A program made the translations under genes and the position numbers. A DNA stretch of 64,000 nucleotides from Coraliomargaritaceae bacterium (lineage in GTDB: Bacteria; Verrucomicrobiota; Verrucomicrobiia; Opitutales; Coraliomargaritaceae), in NCBI GenBank assembly GCA_965656495.1, contig CBFHKU010000002.1, forward strand, positions 160,001 to 224,000, given 5' to 3'. The notes under the pieces were generated by a model that saw only the letters and a list, made by a program, of their open reading frames with translations, searched no databases and was not told the DNA's origin. This document shows, piece by piece, positions 1 to 9,995 of this stretch; within the stretch, counting starts at the first letter, position 1; the number at the start of each line of letters is the position of its first letter.

Positions 1-8
1 CTATTTTT

Positions 9-48
9 GCTTGGTTTTTTACGCCAATAAAAATGCGATTTCCGACAG
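9..48 (-). promoter_or_regulatory. 40-bp tandem direct-repeat operator, copy 1; implies a minus-strand gene just left of the window
   Basis: GCTTGGTTTTTTACGCCAATAAAAATGCGATTTCCGACAG. CGMCA cores at 22 and 43 (21 bp apart). Aligns without gaps to four other intergenic copies. Confidence 0.75.
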
Positions 49-187
49 ATGCAGATACAGAGCCGCGTAGGATGGCAAAAGCCAGCAAAAGGCCTACCAG
101 AAGTCTACCTGAAGGTGGGTAGTCATTTCAAAATACCTGCTCCCTGCGGTCACTACCGAATGCAAAGTGCGCCGGGCAAGAAGGCAT

Positions 188-220
188 AAAAAAACCGCAA
201 GCTCTGCAGAGCTTGCGGTT
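188..220 (-). terminator. Intrinsic terminator after PEP-CTERM gene 1
   Basis: Perfect palindrome AACCGCAAGCTCTGCAGAGCTTGCGGTT (193-220) with a plus-strand A-tract (U-tract on the minus-strand transcript). Confidence 0.85.
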
Positions 221-258
221 GAAAGATAACAGAGGGATCAGCCGTCCCTAATTAAGCA

Positions 259-1002
259 CTAGGATTGGCGGCGGCGCAGCATCACGCTGAATAGAACAAG
301 AACACCACCGATGAGCGCATAAGACGATGGCTCTGGAACAATATCGACTGTAATTGTGTCGAATGCAAAATTGCTAGTTTGAGCAACACCATCCCAGCCA
401 ACAACCAAGACATCACCGTCGGCAATATCGAGACTTAAGCCACTTAAAGTCTGGGTTCCTTGGTCCTCAGCACCCGTATGCTTTACAGCGCCGAGACTAT
501 CAAACACTGTGTAGTTATAGGAATCTTCAGTGTCGTTCCACCGATGCATACCTAGGCCAGTCAACTGAAAATCAGTCTGATGCGCCTGCGACAAACCGCT
601 GAGATCGAATGTTACAAGAACCGCCTCCCCAGCAACATCAATGCGAATATCATTCCCACCAATAACACCAAAGCCAGAATTTCCACCGTTGATGTTTGAG
701 GCGGTCAAACCAGACAATGTCGCATTGGTGTAATCCCAGTCACTCAGGCCAGTAACCGTAATAGAAAAGGATTCAGTCGCGAGCATATCGGTGGCAGAAA
801 AAATCTGATTATCGTTGTCGAGCGGCCTGAAAAATGGATTATCTGCGGTCTCAATAAGAGCCACATTAAGATTTGTGTATGAAGCTACAATACTACTCGA
901 TTCATTTATGGATCTCGTGTCCAAAGTCACATCCGCCTCCAGCTGTGCGAGCCCTGCGATGTAAAATACTACAATTAAAAATTTAAAAGTCTTTGAGGTC
1001 AT
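259..1002 (-). CDS. PEP-CTERM sorting-domain surface protein
   Basis: N-terminal signal peptide; C-terminal VPEPSSYALIGG, TM helix, RRRQS. Confidence 0.92.
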   Translation of the reverse strand: MTSKTFKFLIVVFYIAGLAQLEADVTLDTRSINESSSIVASYTNLNVALIETADNPFFRPLDNDNQIFSATDMLATESFSITVTGLSDWDYTNATLSGLTASNINGGNSGFGVIGGNDIRIDVAGEAVLVTFDLSGLSQAHQTDFQLTGLGMHRWNDTEDSYNYTVFDSLGAVKHTGAEDQGTQTLSGLSLDIADGDVLVVGWDGVAQTSNFAFDTITVDIVPEPSSYALIGGVLVLFSVMLRRRQS

Positions 1003-1076
1003 TTGTTAGTATGGTTGAATAGGGTTGTGGGTAGAACGTTTATCTTTAGCAAGTTTATCAAAATAGAGTCACTAAG

Positions 1077-1116
1077 TCTTGGTTTTTTTCGCCAAACCAA
1101 TGGTATTTTTCGCCAA
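1077..1116 (-). promoter_or_regulatory. 40-bp tandem direct-repeat operator, copy 2
   Basis: TCTTGGTTTTTTTCGCCAAACCAATGGTATTTTTCGCCAA, 75 bp upstream of the ATG at 1002. Confidence 0.75.
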
Positions 1117-1415
1117 AGAGAGAAAATACTGCAGGCTTCAAGCTTGATGGGAGGCACAAGCCGCTCCTAGTAGCGATTCCATTCGTCTCAATGCCAGCGA
1201 CGCTTTACAAGGCAAAGACCTTAGGCAATTCAGCTCTAGCTCTTCAGTTAACCTCATTATAATCAAAGCCAATTCTCCTGAGTTGCACTGCTTGATGAAA
1301 ACAATAGAATCCCATATCCCTTAGCAAAAACGAAGAACTTCATAAAAACTGCAAACTCTGAAACTTGCAGTAGATAAAAGAAAAAGGGAGATCCCACTTT
1401 GTTTTTGGCCTGACG

Positions 1416-2138
1416 CTAGGATCTGCGGCGGCGCATCACTACGCAGCTAAGTGCCAGAAACCCGCCAACGAGCGCATAAGCGGATGGCTCCGGAATGATG
1501 TCGATCGAAAAACCATCCAATCTAAAATCACCAGCATTGTGGCCGATAATTATCGAATCACGATTGGAAATCGAAATCGAGAGGTTAGGCGAAGCGTTTG
1601 TCTGTCCAGTCCAAGCCGCTAAAACGCTCCCACTACTATCGACGTGCATCAAACTATATGCGTCCCCAGGATCCCATCTGGCCAAATCAAGCGAAGTAAG
1701 CCGGAAATTAGACCGGTGCGCTTGAGACAAAGGATTGAGACTGAAGGAAAGTTCGATTGCCTCATCTCCAACATCAATACCTGAGCTATTGTTAGGGTCA
1801 GCATCACTATCTACCCCCCAGCCAGCATTGCTGCCTCTCATCTTCGCCTTAGAAAGCCCACTCAGACTGTTACCAGCAGTCTGGTAAGTCCAACCATCTC
1901 TTCCTGTAACCGTTATCGTAAATTCCTCTGCAGCACTAAAATCGGCAACTGTAAATGAACCACTCTCTGATAATAAAGGATTAGCGCTAGCGATATTCCC
2001 ATCGAGGTTATTAAAGAGGGAGCTTTCTTCTTTATTGTTATTAGGATTACCAAAATTTATACTCACCTCAGCTTTCACCTGCACGAGCAGTGCGGTGAGT
2101 GCTGCTAGCATTAAGATAACTGTCGACCTATTTTTCAT
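1416..2138 (-). CDS. PEP-CTERM sorting-domain surface protein, paralog of 259-1002
   Basis: Start moved to MKNRST (2138), which gives a signal peptide. C-terminal IPEPSAYALVGG-TM-RRRRS. Shares blocks FxITVTG, LSGL, LSQAH..F.LT with gene 1. Confidence 0.9.
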   Translation of the reverse strand: MKNRSTVILMLAALTALLVQVKAEVSINFGNPNNNKEESSLFNNLDGNIASANPLLSESGSFTVADFSAAEEFTITVTGRDGWTYQTAGNSLSGLSKAKMRGSNAGWGVDSDADPNNSSGIDVGDEAIELSFSLNPLSQAHRSNFRLTSLDLARWDPGDAYSLMHVDSSGSVLAAWTGQTNASPNLSISISNRDSIIIGHNAGDFRLDGFSIDIIPEPSAYALVGGFLALSCVVMRRRRS

Positions 2139-2208
2139 AGCATTACCAAAGGGTTGCCAAGGTATAATCACTAAATATTTTACAGTTTCCCTCAAATCAG
2201 CTATTATG

Positions 2209-2248
2209 TCTTGGTTTTTTTCGACAAATAGATGGCGTTTTCCGCCAA
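2209..2248 (-). promoter_or_regulatory. 40-bp tandem direct-repeat operator, copy 3
   Basis: TCTTGGTTTTTTTCGACAAATAGATGGCGTTTTCCGCCAA, 71 bp upstream of the ATG at 2138. Confidence 0.75.
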
Positions 2249-2298
2249 ACACCTGACATTACATTGGAGAGAAAAAACCGAAGAGTTCCTGCCTACTA

Positions 2299-4104
2299 CT
2301 AATCCTCAAGCAGGGCCCCGGCCATGCGTGGTTCGTAGCGGTGTATCTTTTTATCGAAGGATAAAGCCTTCACGGATTCGTCGAGCACGTCCCCTTCTGC
2401 TCCCATCCAATCCAGAATGTTCAGCACGGACAAGAGCGCGTAGGATGGCTCAGCCAAAAGAGCTTTGAGGGTTCTGCGCCCGAGTCGCTGATTGTTGGTG
2501 TTAATTGCCAACCAGGCAGCCATGGCACGGACTTCGTGCGAGTCGTCCTTCACCGCGGCCTCAACAATCGAGCCATGATCCAACAGGAAGCAACCGACCA
2601 TGCCCCAGTAGCGCAGTCCGGCATCGGGGCTTTCCAACAGTGCTTCAAGCGCTGGGATGTTGCTTGCATCCTGCGCCAAGGCGAGGTCGGCGGCATCGAG
2701 CAATGCGGGCAAGTTATACAGCGCTGAATCGCGGGCAATCTCGTAGGCCGTCAACCCGGTCTCCTGCGATAGTCGCACCATTTCACTTTCCGGGATCAAA
2801 CCGGCGTCGACGTGCTGGAGCTGTTGACTGCGTAGTTCCGCGCGCATGACATCCATCACATCGGCATACTCCGGACTGGCCGCCAGATTGTTGATGTTGT
2901 CCGGATCCGACTGCATGTCGTAGAGTTCTTCAGTCGCTCCTTTTGGCTGAAAGAACTTTGACTGCGCCTCATTGACTGTGCCGGCCTCGTATGCGCTCAC
3001 CCATGCCTGAGTGGCTTCCATTTTCCACAGATAGCTCAGGCGCTGCATCCACGGCACATAGGGCATGTAGTTGCGAATATAAAGGTAGCGTCCATCGGTG
3101 ATCGCCCGCGCATTATCCACCCGTTCGTCCATGCGCCCTCGAAAGGAAAAATGGTAGTCGCGCTCCGCCTCTTTGCCTTTGCCAAGGAAAACGCGCCCCT
3201 GCATCGTATCCGGAATTTCACTACCCGTGAGACTGAGCCAAGTCTTCGGCATATCGACAAAGCTGACAATGTCCTTAACCTGTGCGCCCGGTGCCTCAGC
3301 GGGATACAAGTGCTGATACTTTTCAGGGATGCGCACGATGAGAGGGCAATGAATCCCCGATTGAAAGAGAAAGCGCTTACTGCGCGGGAGCACTCCGCCA
3401 TGATCGGAGACGTAAATCACAATGGTGTTATCGGCCAAGCCTTGCGCTTCGAGCTGCTCAAGTGCTTCGCCGATTCTGGTGTCCATCTTCTTTACGGCAT
3501 CATGATAATGCGCATAATTTTGTCGCATCAATGGCACATCAGGGTGATAGGCTTTCACGCTCACACTTTCAGGGTCATGCTGCGTGTTGCTGACATCGCC
3601 GAAGGCCTTACTTTCGTGCGACTCGGTATGATTGATAATTTGGAAGAAAGGCTGATTCTCTTTGAGCGTATTCCAGTCGAGCTTCTTGCTTCCCTTCCAA
3701 CAATCTTTATCATCGCGGCCACCGATGTTATAATCGGTTTTACCGCCATTCACGACATAGTAACCGTTTTTGCTGAGTAGGTCCGGGTAGTAAGGGATCC
3801 GGTCGTGCGGGATTTCATAGCGACTGCGCATATGATGGGTGCCCATTGACACCGCGAGCATGCCGGTGATCCATGTGCTACGCGACGGTGCGCAAACCGG
3901 CGCGTTGGCATAGCAGTTCATGTATTGAAAACCGTCTTTTGCCAGTTGGTCGATATTCGGCGTGTCGGCATGCGGGTTGCCATAACACCCGACCCAGCTG
4001 ACATTGTTGTCCTCACTCGTAAGCCAGAGGATATTGGGTCGATCGCTTGCGGAGGCGCAAATGGTTAGAGACAGATAAGACAACAGAAGTAGAATATATT
4101 TCAT
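2299..4104 (-). CDS. S1 formylglycine-dependent sulfatase with C-terminal HEAT-like repeats
   Basis: Signal peptide; RPNILWLTSED, CAPSRS..ITG, SDHG, ELYD..DP; C-terminal LLESPDAGLRYW and DDSHEVRAMAA HEAT-like segments. Confidence 0.93.
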   Translation of the reverse strand: MKYILLLLSYLSLTICASASDRPNILWLTSEDNNVSWVGCYGNPHADTPNIDQLAKDGFQYMNCYANAPVCAPSRSTWITGMLAVSMGTHHMRSRYEIPHDRIPYYPDLLSKNGYYVVNGGKTDYNIGGRDDKDCWKGSKKLDWNTLKENQPFFQIINHTESHESKAFGDVSNTQHDPESVSVKAYHPDVPLMRQNYAHYHDAVKKMDTRIGEALEQLEAQGLADNTIVIYVSDHGGVLPRSKRFLFQSGIHCPLIVRIPEKYQHLYPAEAPGAQVKDIVSFVDMPKTWLSLTGSEIPDTMQGRVFLGKGKEAERDYHFSFRGRMDERVDNARAITDGRYLYIRNYMPYVPWMQRLSYLWKMEATQAWVSAYEAGTVNEAQSKFFQPKGATEELYDMQSDPDNINNLAASPEYADVMDVMRAELRSQQLQHVDAGLIPESEMVRLSQETGLTAYEIARDSALYNLPALLDAADLALAQDASNIPALEALLESPDAGLRYWGMVGCFLLDHGSIVEAAVKDDSHEVRAMAAWLAINTNNQRLGRRTLKALLAEPSYALLSVLNILDWMGAEGDVLDESVKALSFDKKIHRYEPRMAGALLED

Positions 4105-4184
4105 TTTAAAATTTATCTTAATGGTTCTGGGGGCTGGTTACAACGTATGAATGCCGACGTTCTTTAGAGTGATTCATTCGATGA

Positions 4185-5669
4185 CTATTTCTTCTTCTTT
4201 TTTTGTTTCTTAGCGGGGGCGGCTACGTCGCCAGTAATATTGTTCGGACTGTTCGCTAGAGCGGCAGCCAGGCGCGCGGCGACCTCAGGATAATCCGCGA
4301 TGACATTGTTACTTTCACCAATGTCGTCTTTCAGATTGTAGAGCGTCGGACCTTTAGAGTTCCGTTTCGTCTCCTTCACCTTGAAGTGTTCTTGCGCGTG
4401 GTATTTCCAGTCGCCACTGCGCACCGCCGAGGTGCCATAGAAGAAATATTCATGCGGTGTCGTGGCCCCCTCCTTCGCAGTCAATAGATCGATGATCACT
4501 TTACCATCGGGCTCCATATCCCTTGGTATCTGAGCACCCGTAATGTGTGCAAATGTGGGGAACAGATCCATTGAAAGCGCTATCTCTTCGCAGACCGATC
4601 CTGCAGGAATTTTTCCCGGCCACTTGATAATCGCAGGGACGCGTTGACCGCCTTCGAAACAGGTCATTTTACCCTCAAACAGCGGAAGCGCCGAGCCACC
4701 GTCCTCTCCTTTAATTAGCCACGGCCCATTGTCCGATGTGAAGACCACGATGGTATTGTCCTCGATTCCAAGCTCTTTGATGCGGTCGAGCACGCGGCCC
4801 GTGTTGAAGTCGATTTCCTCGATGACGTCTCCATACAGACCTCGCTTGCTTTTACCTGCAAACTGAGGCGATGCATAGAGCGGCGTATGCGGCATGGAGT
4901 TCGCAAGATACAGGAAGAATGGCTTACCTTCCTTGACGCTTTGCTCCATGAATTGGATGCCTTCCGTCGCAAAGCGATTGGTAATGGTCGACTGGTCTGC
5001 TGGGAATTCCACACACTCCTCATCACGCATTAAAGGCACCATGTCCTTCATCGAGCGAGGGTTGCCGTTGCGCAATTCGCCTGCAAAGGCCTGCTTCAGC
5101 GTCGCATGACTCTGTCCTTCAAGGAACAAACAATCATCCGCATATTTCATCGAAGAAGCTGGATACATGTCATTACTGTATGGAATCCCGTAATACGAAT
5201 CAAAGCCCTGACTCGTGGGCAAGTAGGCTGGCTCGTCACCGAGGTGCCATTTACCCACAGCGGCCGTGTTATAGCCCACCGTCTTCAAAAGTTCCGCAAG
5301 CGTCACATGCTCCGGATTCAGGCCTCCACTGTCGCGGTTAGGGAAAAAGACCCCTTTGACTCCGATGCGATTCGGATAGCAGCCCGTCAAGAGTGCGGCA
5401 CGTGATGCCGAGCAGACCGGTGATGCCACGTAGAAGTCGGTAAATCTCATCCCCTCCGCAGCCAGTTGGTCCACCCGCGGGGTGCGGATATCCGGCGATC
5501 CATAACAGCCCAAATCCTGATAGCCCTGATCATCGTTGAAGATGAGCACGATATTCGGCTGACTGAGGTCTTTTGCAGACGCTGGAGCTGCCTGCGTCAC
5601 GGCATGAAGCCCGAGGCCAAGTGTAAGCGTTGCGGCAATTGCAGCCGACCGTTTAAATAGATATCTCAT
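4185..5669 (-). CDS. S1 arylsulfatase-like sulfatase with poly-Lys tail
   Basis: PNIVLIFNDDQGY, CSASRAALLTG, GKWHLG, SDNG; ends KKQKKKKK. Confidence 0.95.
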   Translation of the reverse strand: MRYLFKRSAAIAATLTLGLGLHAVTQAAPASAKDLSQPNIVLIFNDDQGYQDLGCYGSPDIRTPRVDQLAAEGMRFTDFYVASPVCSASRAALLTGCYPNRIGVKGVFFPNRDSGGLNPEHVTLAELLKTVGYNTAAVGKWHLGDEPAYLPTSQGFDSYYGIPYSNDMYPASSMKYADDCLFLEGQSHATLKQAFAGELRNGNPRSMKDMVPLMRDEECVEFPADQSTITNRFATEGIQFMEQSVKEGKPFFLYLANSMPHTPLYASPQFAGKSKRGLYGDVIEEIDFNTGRVLDRIKELGIEDNTIVVFTSDNGPWLIKGEDGGSALPLFEGKMTCFEGGQRVPAIIKWPGKIPAGSVCEEIALSMDLFPTFAHITGAQIPRDMEPDGKVIIDLLTAKEGATTPHEYFFYGTSAVRSGDWKYHAQEHFKVKETKRNSKGPTLYNLKDDIGESNNVIADYPEVAARLAAALANSPNNITGDVAAPAKKQKKKKK

Positions 5670-7114
5670 CCTTTTTTCTTCGTTTTCTTTTTCTTAGATT
5701 TAGCCGCTTTTTCGGGATCGAACAACGACTGCTCCGTTGCGATCGGATCAGAATCATTAAGTTCTGCTAAGCGTTGTTTAAGTTGCTGCTTCAAGGCCTC
5801 GGCAATCGCATGATATTCGGGATTGTCGATCTCATTATGCAGTTCGTATGGATCTCTCGTTAGATCATACAGTTCATATTCAGGCCGCTGGTGTAATTTC
5901 TGAACCAAATGTTGCTCCTGGTCAGTCTTGTCAGCCAATGCGACCCACGACGCTGCCAGATCGATTGTTGATGGCGATTGTCCCTTCAACAACTGCAAGG
6001 CATTGCTTAATGTGACGTTGGAAGTTTGCTGAGTATAATTCGGATTATAGATCAGTGAAAATTCCTTATTGCGGATGACGCGAATGGGATAGATGCGATC
6101 ACGGTTGTCACTAATATTACAATTGGTAAAGGCTCCATATAGATAATCATGAATCACTGCACTCTCGCCTTTCAATAAGCCAAGAATGCTCTTCCCGTCG
6201 AAATCATCCGCAACCGAAGTGCCGCCAGCAACATCCACCAAAGTTGGAGCTATATCCTGAATCGATACCAACTCATCCACAACTGTCCCCGGCTTCGTAA
6301 CTCCAGACCAATGAGCAACCAGTCCGGTGCCTAGGCCTTGGTCATAACAGGTCCATTTTGCGAAGGGAAGCTGTGTGCCTTGCTCACTGCAGACGATGAA
6401 TAAAGTATTCTCCCACACTCTACGTGCTTCGAGCTCCGCACGAACACGGCCAACCAATGAATCAAAGTTGCTGATTTCTGCATAATAAGCGACCATCGTC
6501 GCACGTAACTCAGGCGTATCCACCCAATAAAGAGGAACAGTTAATTCTGCGGCATTGTATATCGACGGGTCACCCGTGGTAAAGGGTGCGTGGGAATCGT
6601 TCGATGCAATAAATAGGCAAAACGGCTTTCCCTCTTCTGCGCAGGAATCCATGAACTCACGACTCTTCGCCAAATACACATCGTTCTGATCTTCCCGCTT
6701 ATTCCCGCCTTTAATATATTCAAAAGGGTAACACTCTTGAGGACCGATGTGCCCCTTCCCAAGCAGCGCAACCCGATAGCCAAGCGCTTTCAAATAATGT
6801 GGGACACTCTTCGTCCCCTCCTTGGACTTAGAGTGATTGGCCAAGGTGCCAGTCCGCCAAGGCGTGCGGCCACTGTAGAGTTCTTGCCTGAAAGGTGCAC
6901 ACATGGCGACTGAACAATAGGCGCGGTCAAACTTTACCCCTTCCGCCGCCAAGGTATCAATATTGGGTGTCTTGCAGTCGAGGCCTCCATATGCGCCCCA
7001 GGTGTCACGGCTCATATCATCGGCCAAGAGAAAGACGATATTCGGTTTTTCGATAGCGTGAGCGGTGAGCGCGCCGAAGCACAGCACACAGATAACTCTA
7101 ATAACACGCTCCAT
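5666..7114 (-). CDS. S1 sulfatase (N-sulfoglucosamine sulfohydrolase-like) with poly-Lys tail
   Basis: KPNIVFLLADD, CAPFRQELYSG, GKGHIGP, ELYDLTRDPYE; ends KSKKKKTKKKG; 4-bp overlap with the next gene. Confidence 0.9.
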   Translation of the reverse strand: MERVIRVICVLCFGALTAHAIEKPNIVFLLADDMSRDTWGAYGGLDCKTPNIDTLAAEGVKFDRAYCSVAMCAPFRQELYSGRTPWRTGTLANHSKSKEGTKSVPHYLKALGYRVALLGKGHIGPQECYPFEYIKGGNKREDQNDVYLAKSREFMDSCAEEGKPFCLFIASNDSHAPFTTGDPSIYNAAELTVPLYWVDTPELRATMVAYYAEISNFDSLVGRVRAELEARRVWENTLFIVCSEQGTQLPFAKWTCYDQGLGTGLVAHWSGVTKPGTVVDELVSIQDIAPTLVDVAGGTSVADDFDGKSILGLLKGESAVIHDYLYGAFTNCNISDNRDRIYPIRVIRNKEFSLIYNPNYTQQTSNVTLSNALQLLKGQSPSTIDLAASWVALADKTDQEQHLVQKLHQRPEYELYDLTRDPYELHNEIDNPEYHAIAEALKQQLKQRLAELNDSDPIATEQSLFDPEKAAKSKKKKTKKKG

Positions 7115-7166
7115 ATTAAATTCTTATTAGGACTTCGGATCGGATGACTTTCAACAGACAACAGCC

Positions 7167-8555
7167 TTAACTGTTCTTTGCCTTTTTCTTTTGTTTCTTT
7201 TTGGAGCCTTTACCTGCTTTTGCTTCCAGGCCTTCAACAGTGGCCATGTCATCAATGACAGCCTTCAGTTGAGTGAATACCCTATTTTCAGCCTCAGAGA
7301 CATCCTTCAAGTTGACCGTTTGGCTCGAAAAGTACCCCTCAAATGCCTGGTAGCGGTATTGCTCAGATTTCGAGTCGTATAAGACGCCATACTCTTTAGT
7401 GCGCACCCAAGTTTTTCCTTTATACCAGATGTAGATGTTGTCCTTAACACGCTCACCTGTCCCGCTGAGCGCAGGCCACAAGCTGACACCGTCCTGCGGA
7501 TAATTTTCGGGCAACGGTGCTCCAGTAAGCTCACACAGCGTCGGCATGATATCTGAAAACTCCACCAACTCCTCCGTATCAACCTTAGGTGAGATCATTC
7601 CCGGCCAATTGACCACCAGCGGCACACGTGTCCCGGTGCCCTCCACTTTTCCTTTTCCACCGACAACTTCCCGTCCTGACCAATTGGTAATGATCGGTTT
7701 ATCCGTCCCGTTATCTCCGGTGAAAATGATCAGCGTATTGTCGCGAAGGCCAAGCGCCTCAAGCTTTGCAACTATCTTCCCAACGATCTTATCGCTGTAT
7801 TGCACCATATCTTTGAAATGCCCCTTCAGATCCTCATATTTCCCCTCACCTTTATATTTCGGAGAACCCGGAGACTTCGGATCCCAGGTCGGGGAATCCG
7901 GCGTGGCATCAAAGGGACAATGCGTCAGGATCATCGGATAATAGACCAAAAAGGGCTGATCTTTGTTCGTTTCAATAAAATCGCAGATGAAGTCCGCACA
8001 GACGTCCGGCCCGTATTCACCGTTGGTGTAATCCACTTCGACACCATTGATTTCCAGGCACGGATTCGGAAAGCGCGAATCAAACTTTGTGCCTGCTTTC
8101 ATTCTTGGCCGTGTATGCTGCCACATGCAGGCTTCATCGAAGCCAAAATGCTTCGGTGAATCGACCTCATCACCCAATTGCCATTTACCTGCGATGACCG
8201 TCGCATAGCCGACCTGCTTCAATTGGTGCGCAAACGTTTTCTGAGAACGATCCAGCACGCCAAACTTCACATAATTCCGCTTATTGTATTGCCCGGTCAT
8301 TATTTTGACACGCGAAGGCGTACACAAAGGATTCGCAAAACAGTGCTCAAAACGAACCCCCTCAGCCGCGAGCTTATCAATCACGGGGGTCTGGTAATCT
8401 TCACTACCATTGGCACTGATACATTCATAGCCCAGATCATCGGCCATGATCAGCACAATGTTCGGCTGATCGCCCGGATTCCGCCCAAACAAATCAGCGC
8501 TGGCGATGAAGACTGCGCAAAGCAATCCAAGCATTTTTAAAATATACTGAATCAT
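7167..8555 (-). CDS. S1 arylsulfatase-like sulfatase with poly-Lys tail
   Basis: PNIVLIMADDLGY, CTPSRVKIMTG, GKWQLG, GDNG; ends KKKQKKKAKNS. Confidence 0.94.
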   Translation of the reverse strand: MIQYILKMLGLLCAVFIASADLFGRNPGDQPNIVLIMADDLGYECISANGSEDYQTPVIDKLAAEGVRFEHCFANPLCTPSRVKIMTGQYNKRNYVKFGVLDRSQKTFAHQLKQVGYATVIAGKWQLGDEVDSPKHFGFDEACMWQHTRPRMKAGTKFDSRFPNPCLEINGVEVDYTNGEYGPDVCADFICDFIETNKDQPFLVYYPMILTHCPFDATPDSPTWDPKSPGSPKYKGEGKYEDLKGHFKDMVQYSDKIVGKIVAKLEALGLRDNTLIIFTGDNGTDKPIITNWSGREVVGGKGKVEGTGTRVPLVVNWPGMISPKVDTEELVEFSDIMPTLCELTGAPLPENYPQDGVSLWPALSGTGERVKDNIYIWYKGKTWVRTKEYGVLYDSKSEQYRYQAFEGYFSSQTVNLKDVSEAENRVFTQLKAVIDDMATVEGLEAKAGKGSKKKQKKKAKNS

Positions 8556-8635
8556 TACTATCGTTTCTTAGTGTTCACATTAAAGGGCAGCGCATTGATT
8601 TTTGCTTTTTTAAACTAAACGACAACACGCAGCAC

Positions 8636-8923
8636 TTAAGCCCATGGTTCCAAACTTCTTCCAATAGACATCTCTATTTCGTGCCTCTCAAGTGGCGTCG
8701 CACGCATTACCTGCAAGCGGCACACGCTGGAAGTAGACACCAAACCGGATGCCTGCATACCCTCGGGATCAACGGCAGCCTCTGTTTTGAGGTTCGAAGA
8801 TATGAAGATTTGGTGCTTTAACTTCTTGGAATCAGAGAAGCCTAAGGTCACTGGGCCCTCAACCTGAGCGAGCACTGCGATCGGCGATGCCGCGATGACA
8901 ATAGTAGCAGTGGTCCTCTTCAT
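8636..8923 (-). CDS. Small exported hypothetical protein or remnant of a PEP-CTERM-like gene
   Basis: Signal-peptide-like N-terminus (MKRTTATIVIAA..LAQVEGPVTLGF) resembling the two PEP-CTERM N-termini; first ORF downstream of motif copy 4; no PEP-CTERM tail. Confidence 0.4.
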   Translation of the reverse strand: MKRTTATIVIAASPIAVLAQVEGPVTLGFSDSKKLKHQIFISSNLKTEAAVDPEGMQASGLVSTSSVCRLQVMRATPLERHEIEMSIGRSLEPWA

Positions 8924-9023
8924 ATCTTAGAATTAGGGTCCTTATTTGGCAGGTGCCAATATAGCCATGGTAATGAACTTATATAATTGTACCTCAAAAT
9001 CGTAGAGTAATATGGCGCGAATT

Positions 9024-9063
9024 GCTTGGTATTTTACGCCAAAACAGTGACGCTTTCCGACAA
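9024..9063 (-). promoter_or_regulatory. 40-bp tandem direct-repeat operator, copy 4
   Basis: GCTTGGTATTTTACGCCAAAACAGTGACGCTTTCCGACAA, upstream of the small ORF and four-sulfatase run. Confidence 0.72.
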
Positions 9064-9155
9064 TCAAATATAAAACCTCTAAAAAGGTGCCAAGGACAGC
9101 AAAGCCAGTCAGGCACAGGTAAAATACCCGAGATAAATGAGAATGCCTGAGCTGC

Positions 9156-9995
9156 CTACTTATGGCTCTCTCGATATTGAGAGGGAGACATGCCGTGCTT
9201 TTTTTTGAAAATCCGGTAGAAATGGCTCAGGTCTCCGAAACCGACCTCAAACGCGATATCGGTCACATGGATCTGTGCATCCTTCAACAAAGCCTCCACC
9301 TTTTTCAGACGATACTCGGCAATCAGCTGAACCGGGGTCAAATCGATCAGGGCCTTGATTTTGCGCTGCATGGAGCGCTGGCTCATGTTGAGCCCGGAAG
9401 CGAGTCCATCGATAGTGAACTCTGGATTTGTATGTTCCTCCCTTAGAATATTGCAAAGGCGTTCCCAAAACTCGCGATCCGATTGGCTCTGCAGTTCAGA
9501 GACATCCAACATCGACGCCGCCGCACCTTCATCGTCCGGCTGCGTAAGCTGGCGCTGATAACTCGCGCGCAGGAGGCGACGCGTCCGCAGCAAGTTGCTG
9601 ATACGCGCCCGTAGTAACTGCATGTTGAACGGTTTGGTGATATAATCATCAACGCCCGTCTCAAAGCCAGCCATCTGGCTCTCAACCGCAGTCTTAGCCG
9701 TTAACATCACCACTGGGATATGTGCGGTTTCCTCCTTGGCCTTCAACTGCTGGCAGAGTTCGATTCCGTCCATCACTGGCATCATGACATCAGTCACCAC
9801 GAGATCGGGTATGGTCTCCAAGGCAATCGCCAAACCCTCCTTACCATTCCTCGCCTCTACAACCTGAAAATCTTCCTGAAGATCCGAGGAGATCAGGAGA
9901 CGATAGTCCGCCTCATCTTCAACAACCAGAATGACTGGAAGCCCTTCGGCATTGTCCACCGAACTATGGGTTTCATCGTCTAGTTTACTCAACAT
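9156..9995 (-). CDS. Response regulator: receiver domain plus AraC-type HTH (HTCS output half)
   Basis: ILVVEDE..PDLVVTDVMMPVMDG..YITKPF receiver; IAFEVGFGDLSHFYRIFKKKHGMSPSQYR AraC signature. Confidence 0.95.
   Translation of the reverse strand: MLSKLDDETHSSVDNAEGLPVILVVEDEADYRLLISSDLQEDFQVVEARNGKEGLAIALETIPDLVVTDVMMPVMDGIELCQQLKAKEETAHIPVVMLTAKTAVESQMAGFETGVDDYITKPFNMQLLRARISNLLRTRRLLRASYQRQLTQPDDEGAAASMLDVSELQSQSDREFWERLCNILREEHTNPEFTIDGLASGLNMSQRSMQRKIKALIDLTPVQLIAEYRLKKVEALLKDAQIHVTDIAFEVGFGDLSHFYRIFKKKHGMSPSQYRESHK

Noticed and set aside
2139..2252. Longer N-terminus given in the ORF track for PEP-CTERM gene 2 (and similar extensions on several other genes)
   Set aside because: It overlaps the operator and precedes the signal peptide; downstream ATGs were used instead.
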